Below are positions 8,551 through 16,831 of a DNA stretch of 34,643 bases, piece after piece; position 1 is the stretch's first letter, and each line of letters starts with the position of its first letter. Position numbers and translations under genes: made by a program. The notes below the pieces were generated by a model, which saw nothing but the letters and a program-made list of their open reading frames with translations, had not been told where the DNA came from and did not search any database. Origin of the DNA: Brachybacterium sp. (GTDB taxonomy: Bacteria; Actinomycetota; Actinomycetes; Actinomycetales; Dermabacteraceae); assembly GCA_030451965.1 (NCBI GenBank), contig JAKDNE010000001.1, forward strand, positions 1 through 34,643, given 5' to 3'.

Positions 8551-8898
8551 ATGCCCAGCTATCGCCTGCACGTGCCGATCAGCACGCTCCGCCCCGGATG
8601 CTCCCCCGTCGACGTGATGGAGCAGGCCGTGCTCGCCCTCGGCACCCTGCACGTGGTCGAGCAGCGCGAGGTGGAGGCCCCGCTGGTGGCGGGTCGCCGG
8701 GTGGGGAGGGTGGCGCTGCGCTTCGCGGTCGATGCGACCACCCGTGCGGCGGAGGATGCCGCCGCGCGCCACGGCCTCGCCGTGGTCATCGAGCACCTGG
8801 AGGACACCGTGGCGAGCATCGGCCCGGACAGCGCCGTGGTGCTCACCCGGGGCGAGGGCGGACGGTTCCGTCCGCTCCCCGCGACGACCGGTCGGTGA
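8551..8898 (+). CDS. Hypothetical protein (115 aa)
   Basis: MPSYRL...LRPG start preceded by TACCCT-N6-ATG; GC3-rich codon usage. Confidence 0.7.
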   Translation: MPSYRLHVPISTLRPGCSPVDVMEQAVLALGTLHVVEQREVEAPLVAGRRVGRVALRFAVDATTRAAEDAAARHGLAVVIEHLEDTVASIGPDSAVVLTRGEGGRFRPLPATTGR

Positions 8899-8939
8899 AC
8901 CGGGTGCCGGGGCGAATCACCTCACGCGGCCCGTCGCTC

Positions 8940-9482
8940 TCACACGGTGCTGCGAGCCGTGAGCTCCTGCTCGAGCCAGGAGCACAGTGCGGGCTTCGAG
9001 ACCGCGAGCCCGTTCGGGGCCCACAGCACGTGCTGTCGGGTTCCGTCCTCCAGCTCCTGCTCCGCCACGGTGTGGCCGGCGGCGGCCTGGCGCTCGGCCT
9101 CCTGCTCCGAGACGACGATCTCGATGAACACGTTCGAGTTCTGCTTCACCGCATGCACGTCGATGATCTCGGTCCACGGGACCGTGCCGGCCTTCGCCGT
9201 CGACATCGCGATGCCCTCGGTGGAGATCTCCAGCGCCGCGGTGCGCCGGAAGAGTCGACGGACCATTGCGATCGCGCCGCCCAGGAACAGGAGGACCGCG
9301 AGGACCCCGACGAGCGCCGTCAGGATGCCCCCAGCGGCGATCATCAGCAGCCCGATGAGTGCGAAGACCACGAAGAGGAAGATGAACAGGACGGTCTTGC
9401 CGCGCGAGAAGCGGAAGGGGACGGTCCAGCCGTGCCGGAGAGCCTCGGCCCATGCGTCGACATCGTTCTTCGGGGTATTCAT
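8940..9482 (-). CDS. Membrane protein with two N-terminal TM helices and a PH-like cytoplasmic domain (STM3941-family-like)
   Basis: GAGGAGGA RBS before ATG 9482; two hydrophobic stretches, then ALEISTEGI...GTVPWTEI. Confidence 0.7.
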   Translation of the reverse strand: MNTPKNDVDAWAEALRHGWTVPFRFSRGKTVLFIFLFVVFALIGLLMIAAGGILTALVGVLAVLLFLGGAIAMVRRLFRRTAALEISTEGIAMSTAKAGTVPWTEIIDVHAVKQNSNVFIEIVVSEQEAERQAAAGHTVAEQELEDGTRQHVLWAPNGLAVSKPALCSWLEQELTARSTV

Positions 9483-9532
9483 GCTGGTCCTCCTCGGGGA
9501 TGCGCAGACGTGACCCGCACGGGCCCCGACAT

Positions 9533-9567
9533 GGAAGAACCCCCTGATCGTGAAGCTGACCAGGGGG
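9533..9567 (-). terminator. Intrinsic terminator-like hairpin downstream of tRNA-Ala
   Basis: Minus strand CCCCCTGGTC-agcttcac-GATCAGGGGG followed by TTCTT. Confidence 0.6.
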
Positions 9568-9575
9568 AACTGAAG

Positions 9576-9648
9576 TGGAGCTACGGGGATTCGAACCCCG
9601 GACCTTCTCATTGCGAACGAGACGCGCTACCAACTGCGCCATAGCCCC
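9576..9648 (-). tRNA. tRNA-Ala (anticodon CGC), CCA not encoded
   Basis: GGGGCTATGGCGCAGTTGGTAGCGCGTCTCGTTCGCAATGAGAAGGTCCGGGGTTCGAATCCCCGTAGCTCCA: cloverleaf, G3:U70, GTTCGAAT T-loop, CGC anticodon. Confidence 0.97.
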
Positions 9649-9669
9649 ATGCCGCGGTGCGACCTGAAC

Positions 9670-9678
9670 AGATTAGCA
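9670..9678 (-). promoter_or_regulatory. Extended -10 (TGcTAATCT) for tRNA-Ala
   Basis: Minus strand TGCTAATCT about 20 nt upstream of the mature tRNA 5' end. Confidence 0.5.
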
Positions 9679-9758
9679 TCGCCGTCGCAGTGCTGTCGCC
9701 TCGGGGACGGGGCCTTGACGAAGGTCACAGCGACGGCGCCCCGTCGTGCGGGACGGGA

Positions 9759-10652
9759 TCAGCCCTGCGCGGTGCGCAGCTCCTGCAGCTCCTGCTGCAG
9801 CTCGTCCAGCATGCTCAGCCGCTCCTGCCCGGTGCAGGCCACGTAGGCGGGCTGCAGGTGGTCGGGGCGCTCCATGAACTCGGTCCCCGGCCAGGTGCGC
9901 AGCGAGCCGCCGGCCCGGCGCAGGATATGGAATCCCGCGGCCACGTCCCAGGAGTTGATCGCGGTCAGCGCCGTCGCATCGGCCCAGCCGGCGGCGACGT
10001 AGGCGAGTTCGAGCGCGGCCGAGCCGAGGTGCCGCACCGCGGAGACCGAGTCCTCGAGCGCGCGCAGCGAGCTCGCGGCGTAGTCCGGGAACTGTGCACC
10101 GACGCGCTGGCCGGGGAAGCCGGAGAGCACCAGGGCGTCGGCCGGGGCCTTGGTGGGGCGCGGACGCATCACCCGGCCGTTGAGGGTGGCGTCGCCGTCG
10201 GCCGCGGCGAACACCTGATCCAGGACGGGCGCGTCGATGACGCCGGCGACCAGCTCGTCGTCGACCGTCACCCCGATCGAGATGCAGAACAGCGGCAGTC
10301 CGGCGGCGAAGTTGCTGGTGCCGTCGATGGGATCGACATAGAAGCTCACCACAGGATCGTCACTCGCGGCACCGGAGGGGGGCTCCTCGGCGGGACGCTC
10401 CCCGCCCTCTTCGCCGACGATGCGGGCGGTCGGCAGCAGTCGACGCAGCTCGGAGACGATGATCTCCTCGCTGGCGCGGTCGTGCTCGGTGACGATGTCG
10501 TGGCTGGAGGTCTTGTATTCGCGGGCCAGGCCGTCACGGTCCAGGCCGCGGATGTACTCCGACGCAGCATGGGCGGCGGCGCGCGCGATGTCCCGCAGCT
10601 GCGAGGGCGAGGGGACGTCGGCGGGCGGGGTACGGGGAGCGGTGGTGTTCAT
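9759..10652 (-). CDS. Inositol monophosphatase family protein
   Basis: DIVTEHD, GEE, VDPIDGTSNF, GSAALELAYVAAG and WDVAAG motifs; ATG 10652 follows TAGCCT-N7. Confidence 0.92.
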   Translation of the reverse strand: MNTTAPRTPPADVPSPSQLRDIARAAAHAASEYIRGLDRDGLAREYKTSSHDIVTEHDRASEEIIVSELRRLLPTARIVGEEGGERPAEEPPSGAASDDPVVSFYVDPIDGTSNFAAGLPLFCISIGVTVDDELVAGVIDAPVLDQVFAAADGDATLNGRVMRPRPTKAPADALVLSGFPGQRVGAQFPDYAASSLRALEDSVSAVRHLGSAALELAYVAAGWADATALTAINSWDVAAGFHILRRAGGSLRTWPGTEFMERPDHLQPAYVACTGQERLSMLDELQQELQELRTAQG

Positions 10653-10748
10653 CCGTCTGAGGCTAGTCCGCGCCGGTCGGCTCCGGGCGGGCGGACAGTG
10701 CGCGGACGGTGCGCGCACAGGCTGCTGGGCCGACTGCACTTCCTGCGG

Positions 10749-12059
10749 TCAGCCCAGCAGGTGTCGCAGGTACGGACTCATCAGCAGTCCGTCGGGGTCG
10801 GCGGCCTGGCGCACGGCGCGGAAGTCCTCGAGACGCGGGTAGAGCTTCGTGAGCTCACGGGCGCCCAGCCAGTGCATCTTCCCCCAGTGCGGGCGGGCCC
10901 CGAAAGCGGCCAGAGTCCGCTGCACCAGCAGCAGGTATGGTCCCGCCTCCTCCGTGAAGTGGCGGTGGGCCGCGATGTAGACCGTGTCCCGCTCGTGAGC
11001 GGTGGACAGCCATACGTCGTCGGCCGCGGCGCGGCGGACCTCGAGCGGGAAGGTGACGCGCACGTCCTCGGCCTCGAAACGGTGCCGCAGCGCCGCGAAG
11101 GCTTCTTCGAAGCGGTCGGCGGGCAGCGCCCATTCCGACTCGTGGAAGCGCACCCGTCGCGGCGCGGCGAAGACGGCGGCGGAGTCGTCGACCACTCGGG
11201 GGCCGGCGAACACGTGCGAGGCGATCTCGGCGACGGGACGGCTGAGCGGCGGGACCAGCGCCGCACTGCGGCACAGCAGCTCCCAGACGCCGTTGCCGAG
11301 CACCTCCTGCTGCAGCACCTCGACGGCACGGGCGGGTCGGTGTCGCACAGCGGTGACGGGCAGCCGTCGCATGGTGCGCACGGTCGCCCGGTCGGTGTGG
11401 GGGAACCAGAAGAACTCGTGGTGGTCCGCATGGGAGGAGTCTGCGAGGAAGGAGCGCACCGTCGGCTCGAGCGGCTCGGTGCTCTCGACGAGCTCGAGGC
11501 GATATTCGGGCACGCACTGCAGGGTGACCTCGAGGACCACTCCGATGCTGCCGAGCCCCAGCCGGGCGGCCTCGACGAGGTCGGGGTCCTGGGTGGGCGA
11601 GGTGTCCACGACAGAGCCGTCGGCCAGCGCCAGCCGCAGTGCGCGCACCATGCCGGCGAAGCCGGTGAAGGCGCCGCCGGTGCCGGGGGTGCCGGTCTGG
11701 ATCGCGCCGGCTATCGACTGCCGGTCGATGTCCCCCATCACCGACAGCGCGAGACCGTAGGGCGCCAGCAGCTCGGCGACCGCCCACAGCCGGGTGCCGC
11801 CGCGCAGGGTGACCAGGCCGGTGACGGGATCCGCGGCGACCAGACCCTGGTAGCCGTCCAGCGACAGCGTGATCCCGTCGGTCGCGGCGACGGCGGAGAA
11901 GGAGTGTCCGCCGCCGATCACCCGCAGCGTGCACCCGCGGGAGCGGGCCGCCTGTATGGCAGCGACCACCGCTTCCTGCGAGGTGGGACGCAGCACCTGC
12001 TGCGGTGTCCAGCGCACGGCTCTGCTCCAGTTGCGAAGGGTCTTGGTGCTCGCCGGCAT
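10749..12059 (-). CDS. FAD-linked sugar-lactone oxidase (D-arabinono-1,4-lactone oxidase / L-gulonolactone dehydrogenase family)
   Basis: NWS, GGGHSFS (covalent-FAD His), GDIDRQSIAGA, LGLGSIG, EFFWFPHT, FPLEVR and RPHWGK motifs; AAGGAG RBS. Confidence 0.9.
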   Translation of the reverse strand: MPASTKTLRNWSRAVRWTPQQVLRPTSQEAVVAAIQAARSRGCTLRVIGGGHSFSAVAATDGITLSLDGYQGLVAADPVTGLVTLRGGTRLWAVAELLAPYGLALSVMGDIDRQSIAGAIQTGTPGTGGAFTGFAGMVRALRLALADGSVVDTSPTQDPDLVEAARLGLGSIGVVLEVTLQCVPEYRLELVESTEPLEPTVRSFLADSSHADHHEFFWFPHTDRATVRTMRRLPVTAVRHRPARAVEVLQQEVLGNGVWELLCRSAALVPPLSRPVAEIASHVFAGPRVVDDSAAVFAAPRRVRFHESEWALPADRFEEAFAALRHRFEAEDVRVTFPLEVRRAAADDVWLSTAHERDTVYIAAHRHFTEEAGPYLLLVQRTLAAFGARPHWGKMHWLGARELTKLYPRLEDFRAVRQAADPDGLLMSPYLRHLLG

Positions 12060-12125
12060 CGGCCGCTCCTTCGAGGCTCGGTGGTGGGGATCATGGTCCT
12101 GGGCTCCCCTGCGGGAGAGGACTGC

Positions 12126-13337
12126 TCAGAGGAAGACTGCACCCTCGCCGCGGTACGTGGGGTGGGATCCGACGATCTCGTCGCCGCGGACCAGCAGATA
12201 GCTCGCGAAGTGCTCTGCGGGCTCACCGGCCTTGGCATGCCGCAGCCAGACAGTATCGCCCACCCGCAGCGCGTCGGCGGCGGACCCGACGACGGGGGTC
12301 TGCACCTCTCCCGCCGCCTCCTGCGGGGCGAAGGCGAGTCCAGCAGGATGGGCGATGGTGGGCAGGCGGTCCTCCGCCGGCACACCGCTGGCGATCCACC
12401 CGCCGCCGAGCAGTGTCGCCACGCCCGGGGCCGGTCGGCGCACCACGCTCACCCCGAGCAGCAGGGCGGGATGCGGGGCGAAGTCCCGGTAGCGGTCGAA
12501 CAGCCCCGGTCCGATCAGTCCGGAGCCGGCGGCGATCTCGGTGACGGCCTCCTCGGCCGCGGTGGACTCGATCGACCCGGTGCCTCCGCCATTGACGAAT
12601 TCGAGGTCGGCGATCTCCCGCACCGCGGCGACCACCTCTGCACGGCGGGCGGCGATGTCCGGGCGGGAGAGGCGCTTCATGGCGCGCACCGCTGCGCCGT
12701 ACGGCGTGGGCGCCGCATCGGTCACCCCGGCGATGTGGCCCTCGTAGGCCATCAGCCCCACCAGGTCGAGACCAGGACGGGCCAGCACCTGCCGAGCGAG
12801 CATGACGGCCTGATCGGTGCTGCGGACCGGTGAGCGCAGCGCCCCGAAGCGCACCCCGGGCAGAGGCGCATAGGAGACGTCGAGCTCGAGGGCGACCCGG
12901 ATCCGGCGACCGCCGGGGCGTGCGCCGAGGTCGGCCACGGCGTCGAGGATCAGATCCAGCTGCGCGGTCTCGTCGACCATCAGGGTGATGGACTCCAGCG
13001 CTTCGGGGCGCGTCACGAGCCGACGCAGCGCCCCGCGTTCAGCGGTCGGGTAGGCGACGACGACATCGCGGGCACCGTGCTCGACCAGCCACAGCGCCTC
13101 GGGCAGGGTGAAGGCGAGGATGCCGGCGTACCCAGGACGGGCCAGCACCCGCTCGAGCAGGCCCCGCACCCGCAGGGATTTCGAGGCGACCCGCAGCGGG
13201 GTGCCGGCGGCGCGGCGGGCGAGGTCCCCCGCGTTGGCGTCGAAGGCGTCGAGGTCGAGCACCGCGAGCGGGCGCTGGTGGTATCCCTCCCGGGCGAGCA
13301 GCGACTCGAGGGCGCCGATGTCAGAACGGGTACCCAT
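12126..13337 (-). CDS. PLP-dependent fold-III enzyme (alanine racemase N-terminal / D-amino acid deaminase-aldolase family)
   Basis: RVASKSLR (PLP Lys), GLMAYEGHIAG, NGGGTGS, EIAAGSG, GEVQTP, RHAKAGE and TYRGEG motifs. True start is ATG 13337, 1 nt after the upstream stop; the longer track ORF is a spurious extension. Confidence 0.88.
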   Translation of the reverse strand: MGTRSDIGALESLLAREGYHQRPLAVLDLDAFDANAGDLARRAAGTPLRVASKSLRVRGLLERVLARPGYAGILAFTLPEALWLVEHGARDVVVAYPTAERGALRRLVTRPEALESITLMVDETAQLDLILDAVADLGARPGGRRIRVALELDVSYAPLPGVRFGALRSPVRSTDQAVMLARQVLARPGLDLVGLMAYEGHIAGVTDAAPTPYGAAVRAMKRLSRPDIAARRAEVVAAVREIADLEFVNGGGTGSIESTAAEEAVTEIAAGSGLIGPGLFDRYRDFAPHPALLLGVSVVRRPAPGVATLLGGGWIASGVPAEDRLPTIAHPAGLAFAPQEAAGEVQTPVVGSAADALRVGDTVWLRHAKAGEPAEHFASYLLVRGDEIVGSHPTYRGEGAVFL

Positions 13338-13338
13338 C

Positions 13339-14226
13339 TCAGGCCCGACGACGCGCGAGGATCTCGTCGAGCTGGAGGTCCTGCGCCGGAGCGAAGTCCT
13401 CGTCGACGGCTTCGAGCTCCTCGACGCGTCCGTTCTCCAGCGGGACGGAGGTGGCGAGCATGCTCTGACGGTGGGCGGCGTGGCGGCTGGCGAGATCGTC
13501 GACCTCCCCGCGCAGAGCGTACGTGGGGCGGGGCACGGGCCGCGGGGTCCACTCGCCGGGCCGGGAGACCTGCTCCGCCGCGCGCCGAGACGAGGCGTCG
13601 AGGTCGGTGTGCGGGGCCTGCTCGATCGCGGCGGACGGCGCGGCGCCCGTGTCCTGTGCCGGAGTGTGCGCGCGCTCATCGGACTGCCGGCGCCGTGCGG
13701 TCTCCGCCTCGGCACGCTGACGGCGCAGGGGGGTGGGGGCCCGGGTCGCCCGGGCGCGGCGCTCCAGCTCCACCCGGCGCAGCCCCACCAGATACGCGGC
13801 GACGCCGACGCCGGCGAGCACCGGCACCCACCACGCCAGCACCTGCAGGGCGGCGAGGAGGACGAGGGCGGTGGTGGCCACGAGCAGGGTGCCGAGCACG
13901 CCGCCGAGGAACCGGCGGGAGCGGGCACGTTCCTGAGCGGGGTCGATGCGGGTGCCGGGTTCGGCGTCGAAGCGGGGGCGGCTGGTGGGATCTGCGGGGC
14001 GCAGCAGCAGGCGGTCCTGGGACATGGGCGGGTTCACCTCGGTGGACGTGCGGCGGGCGTGGACGGCCGCGGAGAGGTCCCGCGCCTGGGAGGACATCTC
14101 GGCCTCGTCGGCCGCACGAGCGCGGCCCATCACGTCACGACGGCTTGCGGTGCGCGGCAGGGCGTATGCCAGCCACAGCAGCAGCAGGATGCCGAAGAGG
14201 ACGGCTCCGAGATTGATCGACTCCAC
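13339..14226 (-). CDS. Membrane protein, GlpR/SepX (Rv0996-like) family
   Basis: N-terminal TM ending WLAYALP, central TM pair after RARSRR, C-terminal WTPRPVPRPTY motif; lies between a rimJ-like GNAT and tRNA-Ala; TAAGCT-N6-GTG. Confidence 0.72.
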   Translation of the reverse strand: MESINLGAVLFGILLLLWLAYALPRTASRRDVMGRARAADEAEMSSQARDLSAAVHARRTSTEVNPPMSQDRLLLRPADPTSRPRFDAEPGTRIDPAQERARSRRFLGGVLGTLLVATTALVLLAALQVLAWWVPVLAGVGVAAYLVGLRRVELERRARATRAPTPLRRQRAEAETARRRQSDERAHTPAQDTGAAPSAAIEQAPHTDLDASSRRAAEQVSRPGEWTPRPVPRPTYALRGEVDDLASRHAAHRQSMLATSVPLENGRVEELEAVDEDFAPAQDLQLDEILARRRA

Positions 14227-14262
14227 ATGGACAGCTTAATGACACCACTGTGATTCCCCTGG

Positions 14263-14889
14263 TCACGTTGCGGGCGTGTCGCCAGGAAACTCGTGCCGGA
14301 GTCGTCTCAGCACTCCACGGCCGTCATCCCCGGTGGCGACCTCGTCCGCGGTGAGTGCGAAGACCTGATGGTCGCGCCAGGCCCCGTCGACGTGGATCGC
14401 CGACCGCCGCAGCCCCTCCGGGCGCAGGTGCAGCTTCTCCACGACGCGCAGGCTCGCCATGTTCTCGGGCCGCACGGTGACCTCGATGCGGTGCAGCCCG
14501 AGCTCGGCGAAGAGATGGTCGATCAGCAGCGCCGCCGCGCGGGGCACGACTCCGCGGCCGGCCTCGTCATGGCCGATCCAGTACCCGAGCACCGCGGAGC
14601 GCAGCGCCCCGTACTGGATGGGGCCGGCGGTGATCTGACCTGCCAGCCGCCCGTGGACCGTGATCACCAGCGGCAGCGCGAGCCCCAGTCGCGCCTGCTC
14701 CTGGTTCCAGCGGCGCAGGGTGCGGAAGTCCACCGGCCGTGCACCGTGCTCGGGATCGGTCGCGTCCCAGGGGCGCAGCCACCGCGCATTGCGCTCCCGC
14801 AGTCGTTCGAAGGCCCCGCGGTCGCGTCGCCGCAGGGGACGCAGCGTCAGCTCCCCGTCCTGCAATGCCAGCGGCCACACGTGAACCAT
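14263..14889 (-). CDS. rimJ: RimJ/RimL-family GNAT N-acetyltransferase
   Basis: WP..L..GELTLRPL, NARWLRPW, SAVLGYWI, LHRIE..VRPEN.ASLRVVEKL and HVDGAWRDH motifs; ATG 14889 follows TACGAT-N6. Confidence 0.85.
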   Translation of the reverse strand: MVHVWPLALQDGELTLRPLRRRDRGAFERLRERNARWLRPWDATDPEHGARPVDFRTLRRWNQEQARLGLALPLVITVHGRLAGQITAGPIQYGALRSAVLGYWIGHDEAGRGVVPRAAALLIDHLFAELGLHRIEVTVRPENMASLRVVEKLHLRPEGLRRSAIHVDGAWRDHQVFALTADEVATGDDGRGVLRRLRHEFPGDTPAT

Positions 14890-14967
14890 CGCGTCATCGT
14901 AGTCGGCGCCGACCCGGTTGCTTCGCTCCGCGCCCCGGGCAGTGGCGCGCTGTGCGAGCCTGGGGCC

Positions 14968-15630
14968 ATGGACCAGGAGACGATGAGGACACGCAAGCAG
15001 GAGCTGCGCCGTCAGCTGAGGTCTCGCAGGGCCGCCACCTACGCCGGCGAGGACGGTGCCGCCCGACGGGCGCTGGAGGCGGAGCAGCTCCTCGCGCACG
15101 CCGCACCGCTGATCGCCGAGGTGGAGCGAGCGGTGGTCACCACTTCTGCCGCGGGCATCCCGGCCCCGCTGGTCGCGGCCTTCCACCCCACTCCCTCCGA
15201 GGCGGATGTGCTGCCGCTCGCCGGCCGGCTCGCGCACGCCGGCGCCCGGGTGGTGTTCCCGGCCGCGGCCGGGAGGGAGCTCGAGTGGATCATCTGGGAC
15301 GGCCAGTCCGCCTTCGAGGACTCCCCCGGTCGCGGTTTCGGGAAGGAGCCGACCGGTGACGGGCTCGGTACCCGCGCGCTCGAGGAGGCAACGCTCGTGC
15401 TGGCGCCCGCGCTGGCGGTGGACCGCTCCCGCACCCGGATCGGGCACGGGGCCGGCTACTACGACCGGGCCCTGCGCACCCTGCCCGAGGGGGCGCGGAT
15501 CGTCGCGGTGATCAATCCCGACGAGCTGCTGCCGAAGGATTCGCTGCCGTGCGAGGAGCACGACGTGCCGATCCCCGCCGTGCTCACGGCCGACGGGCTC
15601 GTCTCGCTGGTCACGTCCGCGGGCGCCTGA
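14968..15630 (+). CDS. 5-formyltetrahydrofolate cyclo-ligase
   Basis: KQELRR, KEP, PALAVDRS.TRIGHGAGYYDR and LP.EEHD.P motifs; upstream of the FmdB-family gene. Confidence 0.92.
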   Translation: MDQETMRTRKQELRRQLRSRRAATYAGEDGAARRALEAEQLLAHAAPLIAEVERAVVTTSAAGIPAPLVAAFHPTPSEADVLPLAGRLAHAGARVVFPAAAGRELEWIIWDGQSAFEDSPGRGFGKEPTGDGLGTRALEEATLVLAPALAVDRSRTRIGHGAGYYDRALRTLPEGARIVAVINPDELLPKDSLPCEEHDVPIPAVLTADGLVSLVTSAGA

Positions 15631-15704
15631 GCGCAGCGCAGTCGTACACTCGTCTCGGTCGCCTGCGCGCGACCGAGCACTTCGACCATCCCGGAGGATC
15701 CCGC

Positions 15705-16025
15705 GTGCCCACGTACGTCTACGCCTGCAAGAACTGCGAACATCGTTTCGAGCAGTACCAGAGCTTCAGCGAGGACTCGCTGCAGACCTGCCCCGAGTGC
15801 ACCCAGGACGCGCTGCGCAAGGTCTTCGATTCCGTGGGCATCGTCTTCAAGGGGCCCGGTTTCTACTCCACCGACTCCACGACCTCGCGCTCCTCCTCTG
15901 CCTCCGCAGAGTCGTCCGGCGCCAGCACCGGCGACTCCGCGAGCACCGCTGCCGCCACGAGCACCTCCTCCGAGTCCTCCTCCTCGAGCACGCCGAGCAC
16001 GCAGCCCGCCCCTGCGGCCTCCTGA
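15705..16025 (+). CDS. FmdB-family zinc-ribbon protein (Rv0991c-like) with Ser/Thr-rich tail
   Basis: MPTYVYACKNC...CPEC...LRKVF...FKGPGFY.TD; GGAGG RBS before GTG 15705; candidate -10 TACACT at 15645-15650. Confidence 0.92.
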   Translation: MPTYVYACKNCEHRFEQYQSFSEDSLQTCPECTQDALRKVFDSVGIVFKGPGFYSTDSTTSRSSSASAESSGASTGDSASTAAATSTSSESSSSSTPSTQPAPAAS

Positions 16026-16135
16026 ACCACGCGGGAGCGGACGCCCACGCGGCGACCTCTCCTCCCCAGTGCGTCGTCGTCCACCGTCGCCGCGCACCGA
16101 CCCGACGGGGCGGCTGTCGCGCCTAGCGTCGAGGC

Positions 16136-16768
16136 ATGCTCCCCCGTCTCCGCGCTCACCTGCCCGTCTGGCGTCGTGCCCTGCGACGACGGCGGCGGCT
16201 CCTCGTCGCCCTGGCCGTCACGGCGCTCGTGGCAGCCCTGCTGCCCTCGATGCTGCCGCCGTCGGCCCGCGGGGTCGAGGTGGTCGTCGTCGATGTCGCG
16301 CTCGCGCCCGGCACCGTGCTGACCCCCACGCACCTGAGCACCGCCCGCATCGCAGAGGACCTGGTCCCCGCGGGGGCCGTGCTCGGGATCGAGCAGGTGC
16401 TGGGCCGCACCACGCGGATCCCGCTGGGCGCCGGGGCACCGCTGCTGCCCGGCATGCTCGAGGCCTCCGGCGCCGCCGCGGTCCCCGAGGGCTCCGTGCT
16501 GATGACGGTGCCCGTCCCCCAGTCGCTGGTGCCGCATCTGCCGCCCGGCGCCCGGATCGAGCTGGTCCCGATGGATCCGACCGCGTCCGGGAGCTCGGGG
16601 ATCCCGGCCCGGGTCCTCGAGGTGGTCGCCTCCGATTCCCTCTCGCCCGCGCTGGGGAGTGGGGGCACGGGCACGGCCGAGGTGCTCGTCACCGTCGAGC
16701 AGGGGCAGGCGCGAGAACTCGCTCACGCGCTGGGGTTCGGAGCTGTCGTCGTGACCGTGATCGGCTAA
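16136..16768 (+). CDS. SAF-domain / CpaB-like membrane-anchored protein
   Basis: RRRRRLL plus TM, then VVV...LAPGTVLT...L...VP.GA...LGR (SAF pattern); between fmdB-like and mscL; TAGCGT-N6-ATG. Confidence 0.82.
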   Translation: MLPRLRAHLPVWRRALRRRRRLLVALAVTALVAALLPSMLPPSARGVEVVVVDVALAPGTVLTPTHLSTARIAEDLVPAGAVLGIEQVLGRTTRIPLGAGAPLLPGMLEASGAAAVPEGSVLMTVPVPQSLVPHLPPGARIELVPMDPTASGSSGIPARVLEVVASDSLSPALGSGGTGTAEVLVTVEQGQARELAHALGFGAVVVTVIG

Positions 16769-16831
16769 TATCCGTCACGGACCGTGCAACGGCTCCTTCC
16801 CCCTTATCCCTCTCCTCGTAAGGATGACCCC

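Noticed and set aside
8900-9648. Prophage/ICE integrated at tRNA-Ala
   Set aside because: No integrase, recombinase or phage genes, and no duplicated tRNA 3' end seen in the window.
9657-12833. 1058-aa plus-strand ORF
   Set aside because: Antisense to the IMPase, oxidase and PLP enzyme genes, which have clear motifs; Arg/Gly-rich non-protein-like composition.
15642-15668. Possible CIRCE (HrcA) element upstream of the FmdB-family gene
   Set aside because: Only CACTC of the left arm and about 4 of 9 bases of the right arm match TTAGCACTC-N9-GAGTGCTAA; too degenerate to call.
15870-16022. Ser/Thr-rich low-complexity repeat-like DNA
   Set aside because: Normal disordered tail of FmdB-family proteins; not a discrete tandem repeat.
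16060-16090. TCCCCAG / TCCACCG pair upstream of the SAF gene as a regulatory direct repeat
   Set aside because: Short and imperfect in high-GC DNA; cannot be distinguished from chance without comparative data.
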